A stretch of DNA of 64,000 bases, taken from NCBI GenBank assembly GCA_937930175.1, contig CALGLP010000023.1:27205-91204 (forward strand), given 5' to 3'. A program made the translations under genes and the position numbers. Source of the stretch: an uncultured bacterium (GTDB lineage: Bacteria > Omnitrophota > Gorgyraeia > Zapsychrales > Aceulaceae). The notes below the pieces were generated by a model that had not been told where the DNA came from, did no database searches, and was given only the letters and a program-made list of their open reading frames with translations. Of this stretch, positions 62,103-64,000 are shown in pieces (positions within the stretch are counted from its first letter, which is position 1; every line of letters starts with the position of its first letter).

Positions 62103-62633
62103 TTATGGCGCGAGGCCGGAGCTTTTAAGCTTGGGGCTCATCGACTGGATGAGCTCAAGGATTTTGGGATTGTTTAAGAGTTCTTTAAATTGGGGATTGG
62201 ATTGAAGGGCGTTTACGTCCTGATTAGCGACAGCCTGCATGATTTCAGGCTGACTTAACGTTTTCATAATGTCTTGGTCTTCCATGATGGTCTTGGCACC
62301 GGAGATAAAATTGGGGTCTGCCATAAGCTGTCCTCGGACTTCTGCAATTTTGTCATCTGTGAGGCCTGTTGGCGGCGAACCTTGAGCAGGGAGCGCGCAA
62401 TTGGGAGGCTCTGTGCTTGGCGCTGAGATCGCAACGATGTCTTGGTCTTTAATTTGAAGCTGGCCCAAAGAGGATTGGACCGTGTAGACATTGTTCTCAA
62501 AAGAAAGAACTTCTCCCATGATCCTTGTTCCGTCTTTGAGCACGATCATGCGTTGTTCTTGCGCAAAAGAGGAAGCCGCGGCAAGACCGAGGATTCCGAA
62601 TGTTAAGATGAGCGTGTAATATTTCTTTATCAT
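62103..62633 (-). CDS. Secreted hypothetical protein (signal peptide; C-terminal STI1-like helical repeat)
   Basis: N-terminal MIKKYYTLILTFGILGLAAASSFAQ signal peptide, 176 aa. Convergent with rlmN. Confidence 0.5.
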   Translation of the reverse strand: MIKKYYTLILTFGILGLAAASSFAQEQRMIVLKDGTRIMGEVLSFENNVYTVQSSLGQLQIKDQDIVAISAPSTEPPNCALPAQGSPPTGLTDDKIAEVRGQLMADPNFISGAKTIMEDQDIMKTLSQPEIMQAVANQDVNALQSNPQFKELLNNPKILELIQSMSPKLKSSGLAP

Positions 62634-62723
62634 AGTTTAAGTGTAAAACACTTTTTCTGGTTTGGCAAGGAGGATATGCGTGGACAGAGAGGATGGATTT
62701 CTTTTAAAAATCCTGAATTTTAA

Positions 62724-62751
62724 TTTCCAAAAATATCTTTAAGAGTATAAT
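62724..62751 (+). promoter_or_regulatory. Putative promoter for the PilZ gene
   Basis: TTTCCA, 16-nt spacer, TATAAT (62746-62751). Confidence 0.25.
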
Positions 62752-62790
62752 AAGCCCTTAGAGCAAGACCTGGAACACGTAAAGGGAAAT

Positions 62791-63207
62791 GTGGCCATGG
62801 GAACCATCGAACACCGAAGGCTTTTTCGATCTGAAGTTTTTACCAAGGTCTCTTACGAAACGATTACGCCTCCCTTTATTAAGGGGAGGGCGGTCACCGT
62901 GGATGTGAGCTCTATCGGTCTTCACATGATCGGTGCGGAGGTTTTGGCTGTTGGGGCAGAGCTTCTGCTTAAGATTTATTTGGAGAGCCGCAAGACCCCG
63001 ATTGCGGCCACGGCCAAGGTGGTTTGGCAAAAGGAGTGTATGCATCAGCCAGATCCCAAAAAGGTCTATTATGCCTCGGGCCTCATGCTCCTCGACATGT
63101 CTCCCCAAGATGCCGTTGTCACCTCGGATTATATCTTTGATGCCGCCACCAAACATCAGCTATCCTGCGAAAAACAGATCATCAAACAGCTTCAAGACAA
63201 GCGCTAA
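62791..63207 (+). CDS. PilZ-domain protein (c-di-GMP-binding type)
   Basis: RRLFRSE (RxxxR) and DVSSIG (D-x-S-x-x-G) motifs. GTG at 62791 or ATG at 62797, after RBS AAAGGGA. Confidence 0.65.
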   Translation: MAMGTIEHRRLFRSEVFTKVSYETITPPFIKGRAVTVDVSSIGLHMIGAEVLAVGAELLLKIYLESRKTPIAATAKVVWQKECMHQPDPKKVYYASGLMLLDMSPQDAVVTSDYIFDAATKHQLSCEKQIIKQLQDKR

Positions 63208-63301
63208 GGTTGTAAATAATCCAAGTGGGCGGAGCCTTTGTTGAATATTGGCTTATAGGGGATTATCTGCTGATGGGGAGAGGCTGTTTGTTTTCTGTTA
63301 A

Positions 63302-63664
63302 CTAAAATGACACAAAAGCTAGCACCACAAGCGCAGGAACGAGTGTCATAAGAAGCCAGCCAGCAAATTTATAGAATTCTTTTGGATAATTGTCGTTCCC
63401 ATTGAGCCATATTTTAAGACTTGATTCGCTGTAAAAAATAAGTAGTAATCCAAGAAAAGCTAATCCATCAGGGGGGAGGGCTCTTCTGAAATGCATAAAC
63501 TGAAGCCCACTTTTTGATCTAAATATAAATTGAAAGAATGCCCAAAAGATGAATAGAACAAATGCAGCAATTCTTTCTTTTCGTCCTTTATCTGAGAGAA
63601 TAAGTGGAATAATAAAGCAAGCCAAGAAAGCTAATAAAAATAATATTGATGGTAAGCTTTCCAT
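63302..63664 (-). CDS. Small hypothetical membrane protein (4 predicted TM helices)
   Basis: Start set at the internal ATG (63664) with a GGAGA RBS. The longer 181-aa track ORF would overlap the tRNA gene. Confidence 0.45.
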   Translation of the reverse strand: MESLPSILFLLAFLACFIIPLILSDKGRKERIAAFVLFIFWAFFQFIFRSKSGLQFMHFRRALPPDGLAFLGLLLIFYSESSLKIWLNGNDNYPKEFYKFAGWLLMTLVPALVVLAFVSF

Positions 63665-63692
63665 GTTCACAATTTTCTCCGATTTTTTGGTC

Positions 63693-63716
63693 GGAAAAAG
63701 TGCCGAAGGTGGAGAG
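63693..63716. repeat. Direct repeat of the tRNA-Leu 3' end (20/20 nt GGAAAAAGTGCCGAAGGTGG, then 23/24) ~120 bp 3' of the tRNA
   Basis: ggaaaaagtgccgaaggtggagag at 63693-63716 versus ggaaaaagtgccgaaggtgggagt at 63815-63838 (overlapping the tRNA acceptor 3' strand). Confidence 0.6.
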
Positions 63717-63822
63717 TCTTTCTCACCCGGACTGACATTCGTCAATCCTCCTTCGAAACGGGCCGCCCTCGCTTGGACCAGTGGCGCTCGGGTCGGCTTT
63801 GACTCCAAGTTCTGGGAAAAAG

Positions 63823-63906
63823 TGCCGAAGGTGGGAGTCGAACCCACATGCCCGTGAAGACGCCGGTTTTTGAGACCGGTGCGTATACCAGTTCCGCCAC
63901 TTCGGC
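63823..63906 (-). tRNA. tRNA-Leu (anticodon CAA), type II with long variable arm, 84 nt, CCA not encoded
   Basis: Reverse complement folds by hand: acceptor GCCGAAG/CTTCGGC, D-stem GCG/CGC, anticodon stem CCGGT/ACCGG with loop CTCAAAA (anticodon CAA), T-arm GTGGG-TTCGACT-CCCAC, discriminator A. Confidence 0.8.
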
Positions 63907-64000
63907 ATTGAAAGAACAGACGAGGTTTTTTAAATTAATCTTTTCTTCAAAAAGGCGTGACCAGAGCCTTCCTTAAGATATTTTTCAAATTTGATTGTGC

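Noticed and set aside
63665-63847. N-terminal 61-aa extension of the small membrane-protein ORF
   Set aside because: It overlaps the tRNA-Leu gene and the tRNA 3'-end repeat. The internal ATG at 63664 has a GGAGA RBS.
1-64000. Mobile-element genes (transposase, integrase, phage) or a toxin-antitoxin / defence island
   Set aside because: No recognisable transposase, recombinase, Cas or restriction-enzyme motifs were found in any frame. The only mobility-like trace is the short tRNA 3'-end repeat.

Overview
The window is dominated by one giant protein-coding gene on the + strand. A single reading frame stays open from the first base of the window (codon phase starting at nt 2) to a TAA stop at 52865-52867, at least 17,620 codons. 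The TTG at nt 101 reported by the ORF track is very probably not the true start, so the gene is 5'-truncated by the window edge. The predicted product is a highly mosaic multidomain protein with many hydrophobic (probable transmembrane) segments. By motif inspection I recognise the following embedded domains: N-terminal TPR-like helices; a ParB-like segment; an APH-type kinase-like Brenner motif; a Cof-type HAD phosphatase; an ECF sigma-70 region 2 + region 4 pair; a DUF89/ARMT1-like phosphatase; an HD phosphohydrolase; a PIG-L/LmbE-like deacetylase; a crotonase-fold domain; a PrmA-like class-I SAM methyltransferase; a PEP-utilising-enzyme module (PPDK_N-type ATP-binding domain plus swivel phosphohistidine domain); a complete CDF-family metal-efflux membrane domain with His-rich flanks; a response-regulator receiver domain; and a GHKL/HATPase_c ATPase domain. 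It also carries a ~60-aa hydrophobic motif repeated six times (conserved at the DNA level too), a duplicated ~400-aa module, and tandem ~66-aa helical repeats containing a perfect 77-nt DNA repeat. Genes of this size and kind have been reported in a few uncultivated lineages such as Omnitrophota; I cannot assign taxonomy from the sequence alone. Downstream (52.9-64 kb) lies an ordinary housekeeping/envelope cluster: U32 peptidase, an ArnT/PMT-type GT-C glycosyltransferase, a TolB-like lipoprotein, YifB/ComM AAA+ ATPase on the minus strand, a DUF212/divergent-PAP2 protein, a LysM + L,D-transpeptidase, accA, rlmN, a secreted hypothetical protein, a PilZ-domain protein, a small 4-TM membrane protein, and a tRNA-Leu(CAA) on the minus strand whose 3' end is partially duplicated ~120 bp away. 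I found no CRISPR array, transposase or integrase. All domain calls rest on motif recognition by eye and need HMM confirmation.
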